From Paraspadella gotoi (Eukaryota; Animalia; Chaetognatha): a stretch of DNA of 64,000 bases. The stretch covers positions 4,717,834 to 4,781,833 of the forward strand of contig JBJCIZ010000239.1 of the NCBI GenBank assembly GCA_051294375.1, written 5' to 3'. Below are positions 50,939-64,000 of this stretch, piece by piece (position 1 is the first letter of the stretch; each line of letters begins with the position of its first letter). A model generated the notes under the pieces. That model made no database searches and was not told the DNA's origin. It worked only from the letters and a program-made list of their open reading frames with translations. A program made the translations under genes and the position numbers.

Positions 50939-51038
50939 TCGAGGCGGAAAATCCGACCGTTAGAGGACGCGGCTGGTCGCGGAGGTCACGTCCCCCTGGC
51001 GGAGAAATGAGGAACAAAAGCGCAAAATATAAGATGAA
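50939..51038 (+). CDS. Candidate 100-nt exon (duplicated at ~52518-52619)
   Basis: Long polypyrimidine tract ending ttttccgcag; GC-rich open frame EAENPTVRGRGWSRRSRPPGGEMRNKSAKYKM; donor aa|gtaaac. Confidence 0.35.
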
Positions 51039-51490
51039 GTAAACAACAAAAAGGGAGAAAGGGGTAGGGAGAGGGAGGAAAGAAGGGGAAAGGAGGGGAA
51101 CGAAGAAAGAGAGGGAGGGGAAATTAAAGGAAAAGGAGGGAAGGAAAAGGATGAAGAGAGGGAGAGAGAAAGGAAGGAGAAAGATGAAGAGGAAAAGGAA
51201 GCTAGAGAAGCCCGTCGATGTCATCCTACTTTGAAATGACAATGAATTCGATAGAAACATTAAGGTTGACCGCGACGATGGTTTTACAAAATCGATGAGG
51301 ATAGGGAAGAGCGCATATCGAAACTAACTAATTACTTAATAATAGTTAGATGAATGTTGAAACAAGATAAGGAAGTAGGAAAAGGGATGATGAGAAAAAT
51401 AGGAAATGAGAAAACGAACGGCAGACACAAACAAGAAAATAGGACGAAATCACTAAAGGCTGAGGGAAGATAAAAGTTAGGAAACTAGTA

Positions 51491-51783
51491 GACTCACTAT
51501 TCCAAAAGAAGCCCTTTTTCGTTACTTGAGCTTACTAAAAATTGTTATGTTTAACCGTAATTTATTAACAAACTAATCTTTAATCTTTAACTAATGCTTA
51601 AACTTAATTCTAAACCATATCCGGCCTAATCCTTAATATTTTAGACATTTCCTTAATCGTGAACCTTAATCCTTAACCCTAATCAGTAATCATTCATTTA
51701 ATATTTTACCCTAATCCTTAATGTAATCCTTAATAAGTTTAGAATTTAAGATAAGATGGGGCGTTTTTGGAAAATAAGGCCCA
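51491..51783. mobile_element. MITE, same family (duplicated at ~53076-53378)
   Basis: Ends gactcactattccaaaagaagccc and atggggcgtttttggaaaataaggccc; interior has cctaatccttaaccctaa. Confidence 0.55.
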
Positions 51784-51884
51784 AAAATGAAGGCGTGAGG
51801 GATAAAACGGAGAATTGTTAGGGGGAAAAAGAAATAAGGGAGAAGAGGAAAAATAATCAATGTAAAAGAGGGATTAGAAAATGC

Positions 51885-51931
<47 letters not shown>

Positions 51932-52175
51932 TAAGAAGGATTAAGGATTGAGAAATTGGAAATGGATGGGCGAAAGAAAAAGATGAGGAGGAGAAGGAGG
52001 TGGAGGAGGAGGAAGAGGAGGAGTAGGAATAGGAGGAAAAGATGGCGCGACGAGAGCCCGACAAACAAAAGCCAAACGATTGTCAACAGCGCGTCAAAAG
52101 AAAAAAAAAGAAGAAAAAATAGATGTGAAGGGAAAAAAAGAAATAAAAACGGACAAAAGTGACAGGGGGAAAGGC

Positions 52176-52206
<31 letters not shown>

Positions 52207-53789
52207 CACCCCCAGAGAGAGATAAAAGATGAGCGGAAAAAGAGAAAAAAAAAATCGGACCAGTGTGAGAGAGAGAGATAGAGACAGAGGGGAGGGTAAA
52301 CAAGATGAGAGAGTTTGAGAGAGAGAGAGAGACATTGAGAGACTACGGTTGCAGACAGAAAGAAAATAATGGAAAGAGAAGACGAAGAAGGAGACAGAGT
52401 CGGAAATAAGGAGAAAGAGAAACTCGGTATAAAACTCTCATCTCTTCCTTTTCTCTCTTTCCCCGTTTTTTTTTCTCTCCGACTGTTTTTTTTCCTTCCT
52501 CCTTCTCTTTTCCGCAGTCGAGGCGGAAAATCCGACCGTTAGAGGACGCCGGCGGTCGCCGGAGGTCACGTCCCCCTGGCGGAGAAATGAGGAAACAAAA
52601 GCGCAAAATATAAGATGAAGTAAACAACAAAAAGGGAGAAAGGGGTAGGGAGAGGGAGGAAAGGGAAAGGAGAGGGAACGAAAGAAAGAGAGGGAGGGGA
52701 AATTAAAAGGAAAAGGAGGGAAGGAAAAGGATGAAGAGAGGGAGAGAGAAGGAAGGAGAAAAGATGAAGAGGAAAAGGAAGCTAGAGAAAGCCCGTCGAT
52801 GTCATCCTACTTTGAAATGACAAGAAATTCGATAGAAACATTAAGGTTGACCGCGACGATGTTGTTTACAAAATCGATGAGGGATAGGGAAGAGGCGCAT
52901 ATGCGAAACTAACTAATTACTTATAATAGTTAGATGAATGATTGAACAAGATAAGGAAGTAGGAAAAGGTGATGATGAGAAAATAGGAAATGAGAAAACG
53001 AACGGCAGACACAAACAGAGAAAATAGGACGAAATCACTAAAGGCTGAGGGAAGATAAAAGTTAGGAAACTAGTAGACTCACTATTCCAAAAGAAGCCTT
53101 TTGTCGTTACTTGAGCTTATTGTGTTATGTTAACCGTAATTTATTAACAAACTAATCTTTAATCTTTAACTAATGCTTAAACTTAATTCTAAACCATATC
53201 CGGCCTAATCCTTATATTTATAGGACATTTCCTTAATCGTGAACTAATCCTTAACCCTAACTCGCCATGTAATCTCATGTCATTCTTAATATTTTAGCCT
53301 GCTAATCCTGTAAGTAATCCTTAATAGAGTTAGAATTTAAGATAAGAGTGGGGCGCGTTTTTGGAAAAATAGAGGCCCAAAATGAAGGCGTGAGGGATAA
53401 AACGGAGAATTGTTTAGGGGGAAAAAAAGAAATAAGGGAGAAGAGGAAAAATAATCAATGTAAAAGAGGGATTGAAAATGCAGAGAGAGAGAGAGAGAGA
53501 GAGAAAAGAGAGAGAGAGAGAGAGAGAGAAATTAAGAAGGATTAAGGATTGAGAAATTGGAAATGGATGGGCGAAAGGAAAAGAAGATGAGGAGGAGAAG
53601 AGGTGGAAGGAGGAGGAAGAGGAGGAGTAGGAAATAGCGAGGAAAAGATGGCGCGAACGAGAGCCCGACAAACAAAAGCCAAACGATTGTCAACAGCGCG
53701 TCAAAAAGAAAAAAAAGAAGAAAAAATAGATGTGAAGGGAAAAAAAGAATAAAAACGGACCAAAAGTGACAGGGGGAAAGGCGTGAGAG

Positions 53790-53839
<50 letters not shown>

Positions 53840-55020
53840 GAGGAGGGAGGAGAAGGAGAGAGAGAGAAGAGAGAGAGTGCGATATTCGGTGGAAAAGCCG
53901 TTGTTGATTATCATGTTTCGAGAAAATACAGAGACAGAAGAAATTAAAAACCGATCAAATGCAAAATAAAATAATGAGGCAGAGGAGAGAGAGAGAGAGA
54001 GAGAAGAGAGAGAGAGGAGCTGAGAAGAGGCTAATAAAGGCAGAAAAATCGTCTTGATTAAATCTGTCGACCGTGACGTCTTCAGTTTGCTGTCGTCGTC
54101 CGTTCGTCGTTCGTCTTCGAGTTCGTGCGTTCGTAGTTCGTAAGTTCGTAGTTCGCTAGTTCGTGGCGTTAGGCGAGGTTCGTTAGAGTTCGTAGTAGTC
54201 GTCGTTCTGTAGTTTCGTCGGGTTCGTCGTGTCGTCCTTTTTCGTCGTTCGTGGAGGTTCGNNNNNNNNNNNNNNNNNNNNNNNNNTTCGTCGTTCGTCC
54301 TCATTCGTCATCGTTATCGTCGTTCGTTGTTCGTTGTCCTCTCCGCCATCGTTGTTCATCGTCTTTTTCTGTTTACTCCCGTTTCATTGTTGTCGTTCGT
54401 CGTTCGTCCTTGATCGTCGATCGTCCTTGTTCGTTCTCATTCGTCGTCGTTCGTCGTTCGTCGTTCGTCGTTCGTCGTTCGTCGTTCTGTTTACTCTCGT
54501 TTGATCGTCGTGGTTGTGGTTCTTTCATCTTTCTTTTTTTCAGAGTTTCATGCGGATTCTCCTTTTCCGGTTGTTCTACTTGTTGTTAATTTTATTTTAT
54601 CCGGTTTTATCGCCGTATTTTATATGATTTACCTTAATTTAGGTTTTTTAAGGATTTTGTATTGTATTGTATTGTATTCAGTATTCTCAAAAAATAATAG
54701 ATAAAAACTTCGGTTATTTTATTCATGAACGTCTTTTTTTTTTCAACACAACTCGAAAAATTCTTTAATTCTCATAATGTTTTTTCCCTTAATTTTTTTT
54801 AAATTTCTATTTATGATAATAATTATTACGAAGTTTTCATTGAATATTTTTTTTCGGTCGTCTCAATTTTATCTACTGGATTTTATTTTTCTCACTATTC
54901 AGCAAATAGGTTTTTATCAAAATTTAATAAATGACGGAAAGTTTAATTTACCATTAATCTCGGGCGTCGGGAAAATTAACTCGTCGTTTTCCAACGAAAA
55001 GATCCGTTTCAATTAAGTGG

Positions 55021-55083
<63 letters not shown>

Positions 55084-55695
55084 CTGTCTCCCAAGAACAT
55101 TATTCATTCCATTGACCCTCAATATTTATCCCCGAGACGAGATATCCTCATCGACTTTTTAGAAATCCTCTTAATAATTAAGTTAATTCCTTTTTGAAAA
55201 ATTTCATATTTGCCTTCTAAACATTATACGTTCATTAAATATTTAATAGGATTTAGTGGGACAAAAAAGAAGGAAAGATTAACTTAAATTTGAACAACTG
55301 CCTCGAAATAAATTTAAAAACGGACTTCGTACAACTAAATCAAACTGTCGATTACGTAAAAAATAACAATAAACTGACATTTGGAAGAACAACAATAAAA
55401 AAACTAACAAACACGACAACAACAAGAACAACAGACTGACAATCACAACAACAAAAGAAAGAACAACAAACTGACAATGACGACAACAACAAAAAACAAA
55501 CAACATCAAGCTGACATTAACAATAAGGTAAAATTCCCCCCCCCCAAAAAAAGACAAATAAAGAACAACAACAAGCTAAAAAAAATAAATTAAAACAAAA
55601 CAAAACAAAAAAACAAAAAAATTTAAAAAAGAATTCAAAGGTTGAAGCCAATGAAAAGATCAAAATAAGGCAACGAATTTGTAATCATGAGATTT

Positions 55696-55976
55696 GAGCT
55701 CTCTTTTCCCAAAGCTCCCAATTTTTGTTTCTTAATTTCTGAACTTAAAACTAATATTTAATATTGAGGTTTAATTTGTTACTACAACCATAAAATCAAA
55801 ACCCAATTTATTCCCTTAATCACTAACCCTAAACCTTAACCTTAACCTGTAAGAATTAACTTTTAACTAAAATATTTAAGTTTAACCTAAATCCAAATCT
55901 TAAACTTAATCTGTAAACTCAATAATTTAATTTCCGAAGTTAAGATGAAATGGGGCGTTCTGGGAAAATATAGCCG
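55696..55976. mobile_element. MITE with short TIRs and internal TAACC(C)-like repeats
   Basis: Left end gagctctcttttcccaaagctcccaattt versus right end aaatggggcgttctgggaaaatatagcc; interior has taaccctaaaccttaaccttaacc. Confidence 0.65.
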
Positions 55977-57579
55977 GATTTTGTTTGTTAGTTTTGTTTC
56001 CTTTGTTAGAAAANNNNNNNNNNNNNNNNNNNNNNNNNNNNNNNNNNNNNNNNNNNNNNNNNNNNNNNNNNNNNNNNNNNNNNNNNNNNNNNNNNNNNNN
56101 NNNNNNNNNNNNNNNNNNNNNNNNNNNNNNNNNNNNNNNNNNNNNNNNNNNNNNNNNNNNNNNNNNNNNNNNNNNNNNNNNNNNNNNNNNNNNNNNNNNN
56201 NNNNNNNNNNNNNNNNNNNNNNNNNNNNNNNNNNNNNNNNNNNNNNNNNNNNNNNNNNNNNNNNNNNNNNNNNNNNNNNNNNNNNNNNNNNNNNNNNNNN
56301 NNNNNNNNNNNNNNNNNNNNNNNNNNNNNNNNNNNNNNNNNNNNNNNNNNNNNNNNNNNNNNNNNNNNNNNNNNNNNNNNNNNNNNNNNNNNNNNNNNNN
56401 NNAGTGCGGGGAAAAAAGGGAGAGGGAGAAGGGAATTTGAAGGGCGTTCATAAATTTATGAATTGCGTTTAAGGCGAAACAAAAAATAAACAAAACTAAA
56501 GGGGAAAAAAAACAGAACAAAAAACAGATAGTGACGCAGCGGGAAAAAAATGTTGCCTTGAAAACTGTTTCATTTTTAAGGACAAAGTTTTTTGGCTAAT
56601 CTGTTTTTTGTTGTTGTTGTTTTTTTTTGTTTGTTTCTTTAGTTGTTTTTTTTTNNNNNNNNNNNNNNNNNNNNNNNNNNNNNNNNNNNNNNNNNNNNNN
56701 NNNNNNNNNNNNNNNNNNNNNNNNNNNNNNNNNNNNNNNNNNNNNNNNNNNNNNNNNNNNNNNNNNNNNNNNNNNNNNNNNNNNNNNNNNNNNNNNNNNN
56801 NNNNNNNNNNNNNNNNNNNNNNNNNNNNNNNNNNNNNNNNNNNNNNNNNNNNNNNNNNNNNNNNNNNNNNNNNNNNNNNNNNNNNNNNNNNNNNNNNNNN
56901 NNNNNNNNNNNNNNNNNNNNNNNNNNNNNNNNNNNNNNNNNNNNNNNNNNNNNNNNNNNNNNNNNNNNNNNNNNNNNNNNNNNNNNNNNNNNNNNNNNNN
57001 NNNNNNNNNNNNNNNNNNNNNNNNNNNNNNNNNNNNNNNNNNNNNNNNNNNNNNNNNNNNNNNNNNNNNNNNNNNNNNNNNNNNNNNNNNNNNNNNNNNN
57101 NNNNNNNNNNNNNNNNNNNNNNNNNNNNNNNNNNNNNNNNNNNNNNNNNNNNNNNNNNNNNNNNNNNNNNNNNNNNNNNNNNNNNNNNNNNNNNNNNNNN
57201 NNNNNNNNNNNNNNNNNNNNNNNNNNNNNNNNNNNNNNNNNNNNNNNNNNNNNNNNNNNNNNNNNNNNNNNNNNNNNNNNNNNNNNNNNNNNNNNNNNNN
57301 NNNNNNNNNNNNNNNNNNNNNNNNNNNNNNNAACAGAAAGAGCAATATTGGAAAAAAATACTGCAAGAAGACGGCTGACTTTTAACTTTTTTTGTTAGTA
57401 TTTATGTATATTTACGCCAAGAGATTAGATGTTGGACCATACAGAAAGCGTTGTTATGCAGTTTCCTCGTGCAAGAGTATTTTAGGAGAATTTATCTTCG
57501 CAGCACTCTCTATCTCTTCTCCGAGTCTGTATCTCGTCCCCCACAATATCCGTATTGTGGTGGAGAAGGCAAAGAGAGA

Positions 57580-59222
57580 GAAAAACAAGAACAGTCATTC
57601 CAATGTGTCGCGTCGCAGTGACTTTCTTTCGCGAGTGATCGTTTTCGGGGTGATCGTTTTCGGGGTGATCACCTTAACAAGTCAAGTCGGTGCATCGGAA
57701 TTTCGTCCTTTACTCTCAAATATTCATACGATTTCTTAAAAAAAACACAAGGTAGCGCTGGCAGTTGCTTTCCGAAGTTCTTTCCGAGTTGATGAAAATA
57801 GCGAAAGAGCAACAAATGTAGCGATCGCTATTTGTCATATTTTTTAATTTGAAAATTGTAAACTGAAATGAAATTACGTGGAAGGCAAAAAAAAAAAAAG
57901 AAAGAAATAAAAAAGAAAAAAATTCCACCGTGAGCTAAACGCTGGAGACAATTCACACTTGGGAGGCAAAGGGAAGGATGTCGACGACGACGACGATGAC
58001 GACGACGATGAAGATGACGACGAAGATGATGACGACGACGACGACGACGACGATGAAAATTACGATGAAGACGACGAAGATGACGACGACGACGAAAACG
58101 ACAACAACGACGACGACGATGAAGATGACAAGGACGAAAAACGACGACAGCGACGAAGACGACAAAGGCCACAACAATGAAGACCACCTTGACGATGACA
58201 AAAACGACGACGTCAATAACGACGACGAAGGCGACAAAGACGAAGATGACAAAGATGACAGAGACGACAATGACAACGAAGACGACAACAACTACGACGA
58301 CGACAACAACGACAACGACGTCTCCCTTCTCTTTTTTTTTTTTTNNNNNNNNNNNNNNNNNNNNNNNNNGCCAGAAAACAAGAACAGTCATTCCATGTTG
58401 TCGCGTCGCAGTGATCTTGGCCTTTCTGTTGAGTTGTCGTTTTCGGGTGTGATCGTTTTCGGGGTGATGCGTTTTCGGTCATTGGTGGATCACCTTAACA
58501 AGTCAAGTCAGCGTTGCATCGGAATTTCGTTCGTCCTTTACTCTCAAATATGTATACGATTTCTTAAAAAAAAACACAATGGTAGCGCTGGCAGTTTGCT
58601 TTCCGAAGTTTCTTTCCCGAGTTGATGAAAATAGCCGAAAGGAGCAACAAATGTACGCGATCGCTATTTGTCATATTTTTGAATTAGAAAGAAATTTGTA
58701 AACTGAATGAAATTGACGTGGGAAGGCAAAAAAAAAAACAGAAGAAAGAAAAAAAAAAGAAAAAAATTTCCCATCCTGAGCTAAACGGCTGGAGACGAAT
58801 TCACATCTGTGGGAGGCAAAGGGAAGGATGTCGACGACGACGACGATGACGAGGACGCATGAACTGATGACAGTACGAAGATGATGACGACGACGAGCTG
58901 ACGACGATTTGAAAATTACGGGATGAAGACGACGAAGATGACGACGACGACGGGCAAAACGGACAACAACGACGACGACGCATGAAGATGACAGGACGAA
59001 AAACCGACGTTCACGACGAAGACGCGACAGAAGGCGCCACAACAAATGAAGACCACCTTTGACGATGACAAAAACGACGACGTCAATAACGACGACGAAG
59101 GCGGACAAAGTACGAAGATGACAAATAAGTATGACATTAGACGACAATGACAACGAGAGACAACAACAACTACGACGGACGCACGAACAACGACAACGAA
59201 CGTCTCCCTTTCTCTTTTTTTT
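57580..59222. repeat. Tandem duplication across a small N-gap
   Basis: 57580-58344 is repeated as an insertion-rich copy at 58372-59222. Confidence 0.95.
57673..57827 (-). CDS. Candidate exon of unknown gene
   Basis: Stop-free frame RSLHLLLFRYFHQLGKNFGKQLPALPCVFFKKSYEYLRVKDEIPMHRLDLLR ending aag|gtgatc; weak acceptor. Confidence 0.25.
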
Positions 59223-59608
59223 TGAAAAAAATTGCGGACAAAAGATGGAATATGCGGGAAACGTTTAAGCGATCGACGGACGATGACGACGACGACGACG
59301 ACGACGACGAGAAAATGGACAAAAAGATTAAATGAAGGAAAGAAATGGATGATAAATTGTAGAATTAGGAAGGAGATCGAGAGAGAGATGAGAGAGAGAC
59401 GAAGAAGAGATGAAGAGCAGAGAGAGACGATCGCAGAGACGAGAGAGAGCAGCAGATAATAGAAATGGAAATGGTGGGAAAATGAAAGAATATGGAAATG
59501 AAGAAGAAAATGATTACAAATCGAAACGAAATGGTTAGAAAATGAAGAGAATTAGAAACCATTGAAAGTATTTAAATAAAAAACTATGTGTGGAAACACA
59601 AAATAAGT

Positions 59609-59954
59609 GGGATATATTTTCCCATTAAGGTCCCCATATCATCCTAAATTAGAAAATTAAGTTTAATTAAATTCGAATATTGGGTTAGAGGTAAGGGTTA
59701 TGGATTAGGTTATAGTAAAATGATTAAGGTTAGTGAATAGGTTAGCGGTTAGGGTTAGGGAAAAACGTTTTGGGTTTGGTTTTAGGGTTTAAAGATTAGG
59801 GCTTAGGGTTAGGGTTAATGACTAGGTTCGGGTTAGGAGTAAGGGATTAGAATTAAGATTAGGGATAGGTCTTAAATTATAGTTAAATATTAAGTTGAAA
59901 ATAAAGTTAAGGGAATTAGGAACAGAAATGGGGCGCTTGTGGAAAAGATAGCCC
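59609..59954. mobile_element. MITE, same telomere-like-repeat family
   Basis: Ends gggatatattttccca and tggaaaagatagccc; interior is degenerate (TTAGGG)n. Confidence 0.65.
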
Positions 59955-60401
59955 AAAACTAATTGAGTTTTATATTTTGTATAATTCGTCCGTCTTAATT
60001 CAAAAGCGAAGTCGATAGAGATAAGAATTTTTCTTCTGATTTTACGTCGCGAATTTTATTAATTGTTTTATTAATTGTTTATTAATTGTTTATTAATTGT
60101 TTTATCTGTGAATTTACGATTAGTTTATTTATTTTGTTTTGTTTTTTGTTTTTGTTTTTTATACAACGAGTGAAAACGACGACAATGGCGATGACGACGA
60201 CGTCAAAGATGACAACGATGAGGACGACGACGACGACAATGAAGACGAAGACGAAGAAGAAGACGACGACGAAGACGACGACGACACCTACAACGACGAA
60301 GCCAATGCTGAAGCCGAAATGGAAAGACTGTTTCCCGTCGGTGTTCGACCTTTGCAACCCCTGCGGCACGGGCCTCTCGCTGTCCCGTCCTCTCTCTCCG
60401 T

Positions 60402-60474
<73 letters not shown>

Positions 60475-61305
60475 TCTTCTCTCCTCATTCCCTTTCCCCT
60501 CTCTCACTGGCGGATGAAAAGCCTTTTGAGCAAAGGAAAATGAAAACCGCTTCCTTCCGGTACAACCTGACACAGTTGAGGAGAGAGAGAAGAGGACGAG
60601 AGAGAGAGAGACGAGAGAGAGAGAGAGAGAGAAGAGAGAGAGGTAGAAGACGAGAGAGAGCGATGAATAGTTCGATACCGCGTAGCAAATTTCGCGTAAC
60701 ATAACTTTTTTCCGCGGGCGAGAATGCGATCAACAATATAGCCGTAACAACAGCCGGTGTTCGTTCTTCTCTCTCTGCCTCTGACTCTTCTCTTCGTCTC
60801 TTCTCTCTTCTCTCGAGTCTCGTCTCTCTCCTGGCTCTCTCTGTCTCTCTCTCTCTTCCCCTCGAGTGAGTTAATATTGCAACAGAGAATTTTTTCCCAG
60901 TTTGTGTGGTTATTTCTGTCTTACGTCAAAACTTCAAACGACCTAACTTAAAAGACTCTGTACAAATTTATCTCAAAATTTTTTTTTGTCAGGAAATTAG
61001 GACATAGAAAAAATCGTCCGAAGTAAACAATCTTCGGTCATTTAGGATACAAAAAAAAAATTATAAAAATCTATTCTAAAAATTCAATACTAAAAAATGT
61101 TATCTTAATTGATTATGAACAACTTTAAAATCATTTTTACGAACATGGTTAATGTAAAAATAAATATCATTGAACGTTTTTTTGGTTTTCAAACTTTTTC
61201 TTTCGGTTTTGTCAACACGAAAAAGTAGAGGGAAGGAGAGCAAGGAAAATAAAGGAATTGGGAGAGAGAGAGAGAGAGAGAGAAGAGAGAGCGAGAAGAG
61301 AGAGA

Positions 61306-61346
<41 letters not shown>

Positions 61347-62079
61347 GAGAGGAGAGAGAGAGAGAGAGAGAAGAGAGAGAGAGAAAGAGAGAGAGAGTAG
61401 AGAGAGTAGAGAGTGAAAAGAGAATAGAGGGAATTTCGCCTTTTTCCCCAGACACGAATTATTTTTCGTCTATTCCGAGTTTTCGGCTCTGGTCTTTATT
61501 TTCAAATGCAACAGTTTTATTTGTATATATTAGATATCATAATATATTATAATAGTACATTAGTACAACTAATATTAAACTTATCAATTTATTTTGTATA
61601 TAAACAATTCCGACAACTGCATAACTAATGAAACAATATATTTCATAAATAAAAAAATGACGTGATTTCTGACGTGATTTATAATATAGTTTTAAACGAT
61701 ACGGAAAGCTTATTAGAGATGAGAAGGCAATAAGGAGGTGAATAAGGAAAAAGGGAAAAATTATGAAATTGGTACAACCAATGTAAAAACCATCCATTCA
61801 TTCAATAAACAAGCTATCTTGCCCCCGACTTTGGTGGTTTAAGGCCAAGATAATGACGTAACAGGTCCCTGCAAGCTTTTCAATCAAGACTCTCTCACAC
61901 TCCACTATTTTACTGGCTTCCCTATCAATTATGTGAGCCTATAGTAACCATTATGTGAATCTCCTGTCATGTCATATCATGTCTGGTGTTCATCTTGGAT
62001 AAACACGTGAAACGAGCGTGAAAAAACGACTGAGTAATTAAAATAAAAATGATTTAGTAGTTGATTAAATCGGGAGAGG

Positions 62080-62130
<51 letters not shown>

Positions 62131-62837
62131 AACGGTCGGTTTGAATCGACCTTCGAACGAAACGGAGCGAGGGAGAGAGGTTATTAGAAATGAATGAATG
62201 AACGAGGAAATTAACAAATGAATGAATGAATTACGAAATGAATGAAGAAATGAATGAAGAAAGAAATGAAGAAATGAATGAAGAAATGAATGAAGAAATG
62301 AACTCTCGAAAAGATGATGATTGATGAAAACTGAAAAAAATCGAACTGATGAAAAAGAGGGACGAATGAAGACAGTCAAGTGGGAGAAAAACAGAGAGAG
62401 AGAGAGAAAGTGAGTGAGAGAGAGAAAATAAAAATAAAAAAAAAACTCAGTGAATAATTGAGGCCTTTGTTTCTTTCTCTCTTTTCCACTGTTTTTTTTT
62501 GTTTTTCTTTTTCTGGCTTTTTCTTTTTTCTTTTTCCAGTACTGAACTTAAAAAACTCGTACTGGGTCGGATCTGGTCAGAGATAACGACTTTTTCCCTC
62601 TACCAGTGTAAATGTTTCATTTTATTTTGTCTTTTCTTCAGTGCAAAGGGTTCACATATCTCTGATTCGTGTTTAAAAATCAACAAAAAACATAAATATA
62701 AACATAATAAGAAAAATATTGATTTTTCACAACGAATTTTAATTCACATTGTTACAGACATGTTTCGAATAGTATTTCTATTCATCATCAGTGTAAAAAG
62801 ATTTATGGATCACAAGTTTAGCAATGTTAAGAATGAG

Positions 62838-62876
<39 letters not shown>

Positions 62877-62882
62877 CACACT

Positions 62883-62898
62883 AAATAAATAAATAAAA

Positions 62899-62933
<35 letters not shown>

Positions 62934-63140
62934 AAAATATAAATAATAAAAATAAATAAATAAAAAATAAAAAATAAAAATAAAAATAAAAAAATAAATA
63001 AAATAAAAAATAAAAAAAATGAATAAATAAATAAATAAATAAATGTAAATAGAATAAATAAATAAATAAATAAATATTAGAATGAATAATGAAATATGAA
63101 TGAATGAATGAGAATGATGAATGAAATGAATGAATGAATT
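62883..63140. repeat. (AAAT)n grading into (GAAT)n microsatellite
   Basis: Direct inspection. Confidence 0.95.
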
Positions 63141-63518
63141 TGATATGGAATCAGAATAAATAAATCAAATAACAATTAAGATGAATAGTTTGAATAAATT
63201 CATTTTCCCGAAAATTTTTAAAGCACATTTGATACACTATCTCCATTTTATTTTATTAACAGACGGCGTCTGAAAAAAAACACATTTCTAAACAATAACA
63301 ACAACGTACAACAACCACAACGTTCTCAAGCTGACGACTCGGACCAAAGTAAGTGTTTAACCAATCAGATCTAAACTAAGTCCCTGGCCAATCAGATTAA
63401 AGTGACTCATGAGACTGAAAAAAAGTCCCAAGGCCTATTAAGACTTTAGTTTTTTTTGTATTGAATGTAATTTCTTATATTGAGGTTTCCAGTCAATTAA
63501 AAAAACGATTTTTTTTCC

Positions 63519-63740
63519 CTCATTGAGTAAAGCCATCAGCTCATGACCACTAGGTAACCGGGTTCAATCCCAACCAGTACCTACCCTGCGGGAAGCGTGA
63601 GGACGGCCGTAAGCCGACTTGGGGCATGGCAAACCCTCAAGCCTGGTTCTAAAGCCCATGGACCCGTTCCATGGCTGCTAGAGGCGTTTTTAGAAGTTTA
63701 TGGACTGTCATCTTCTGCCCACGTAGCGCCTTATCCACAC
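63519..63740 (+). mobile_element. tRNA-derived SINE with RTE/BovA-like body
   Basis: A-box-like CTCATTGAGTAAAGC and B-box GGTTCAATCCC, then ccctgcgggaagcgtgaggacggccgta, GGGCATGGCAAACCC..GCCTGG..CCCATGGAC, and a tail gcccacgtagcgccttatccacac. Homologous copies at 27478-27650 and 9737-9840. Confidence 0.7.
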
Positions 63741-64000
63741 ATATATATAATTATTACAATTATGCAAAACAATTATACATACAAATATCCAATTATACAA
63801 TTTCTTCTATTTTTAGTCTACTTTGTTTTTTTTTATTTTCTCTTTAATCTCATGTTTTTTACTTATATTCTTCTCTGTTTCCCAACGATCCGTTCGTTCT
63901 CTGTTTGTTGGTTTTTTTTTGTTTTGTTTTGTTTTTTCTGTGTCGCTCAACAATTCCAGAGTCTGAAATCTCACTCGCCCGGTTTTTTTTCGATGGTCGT

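Larger units (their letters stand above)
50640..53800. repeat. Tandem duplication, ~1.57-kb unit
   Basis: 50649-52181 is repeated at 52223-53790 with small indels. Confidence 0.95.

Noticed and set aside
57634-57672. Short direct repeats gtgatcgttttcggg as CRISPR-like
   Set aside because: About 2.5 adjacent units with no spacers or cas genes, in a eukaryotic context.
59680-59870. True telomere or chromosome-fusion relic
   Set aside because: Short, degenerate, and bracketed by the TIRs of a dispersed MITE.

Overview
Eukaryotic, AT-rich, microsatellite-saturated DNA: (AG)n, (GAC)n, (AAAG)n, (GAAT)n and (AAAT)n. The style suggests a decapod crustacean, probably a penaeid shrimp (inference). 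The assembly is a draft with many N-gaps and indel-rich stretches resembling uncorrected long reads, so nearly all listed ORFs are microsatellite or gap artefacts. Reading through frameshifts by eye gives the following. (1) A near-full-length Ty3/Gypsy element of the CsRn1 type (~28240-32700, minus) with PBS, CHCC gag, PR, RT, RH, IN and noisy LTRs. (2) A BEL/Pao pol remnant (~47500-49700, minus). (3) An L1/Tx1-type LINE ORF2 remnant (~15200-17300, minus). (4) A tRNA-headed SINE family with an RTE/BovA-like body. (5) Two MITE-like families, one with long TIRs and TTAA-like flanks and one carrying telomere-like repeats. (6) Scattered minus-strand candidate exons (~14500 down to ~460) that together resemble a type II membrane PAPS-dependent sulfotransferase. 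Architecture is dominated by a giant inverted duplication (~9050-27510 vs ~33140-41565) around the Gypsy element, a second inversion (~42160-46880) and several tandem duplications. These are most likely assembly artefacts. No well-supported novel biological system was found. Motif calls are by-eye reconstructions and coordinates in noisy regions are approximate.
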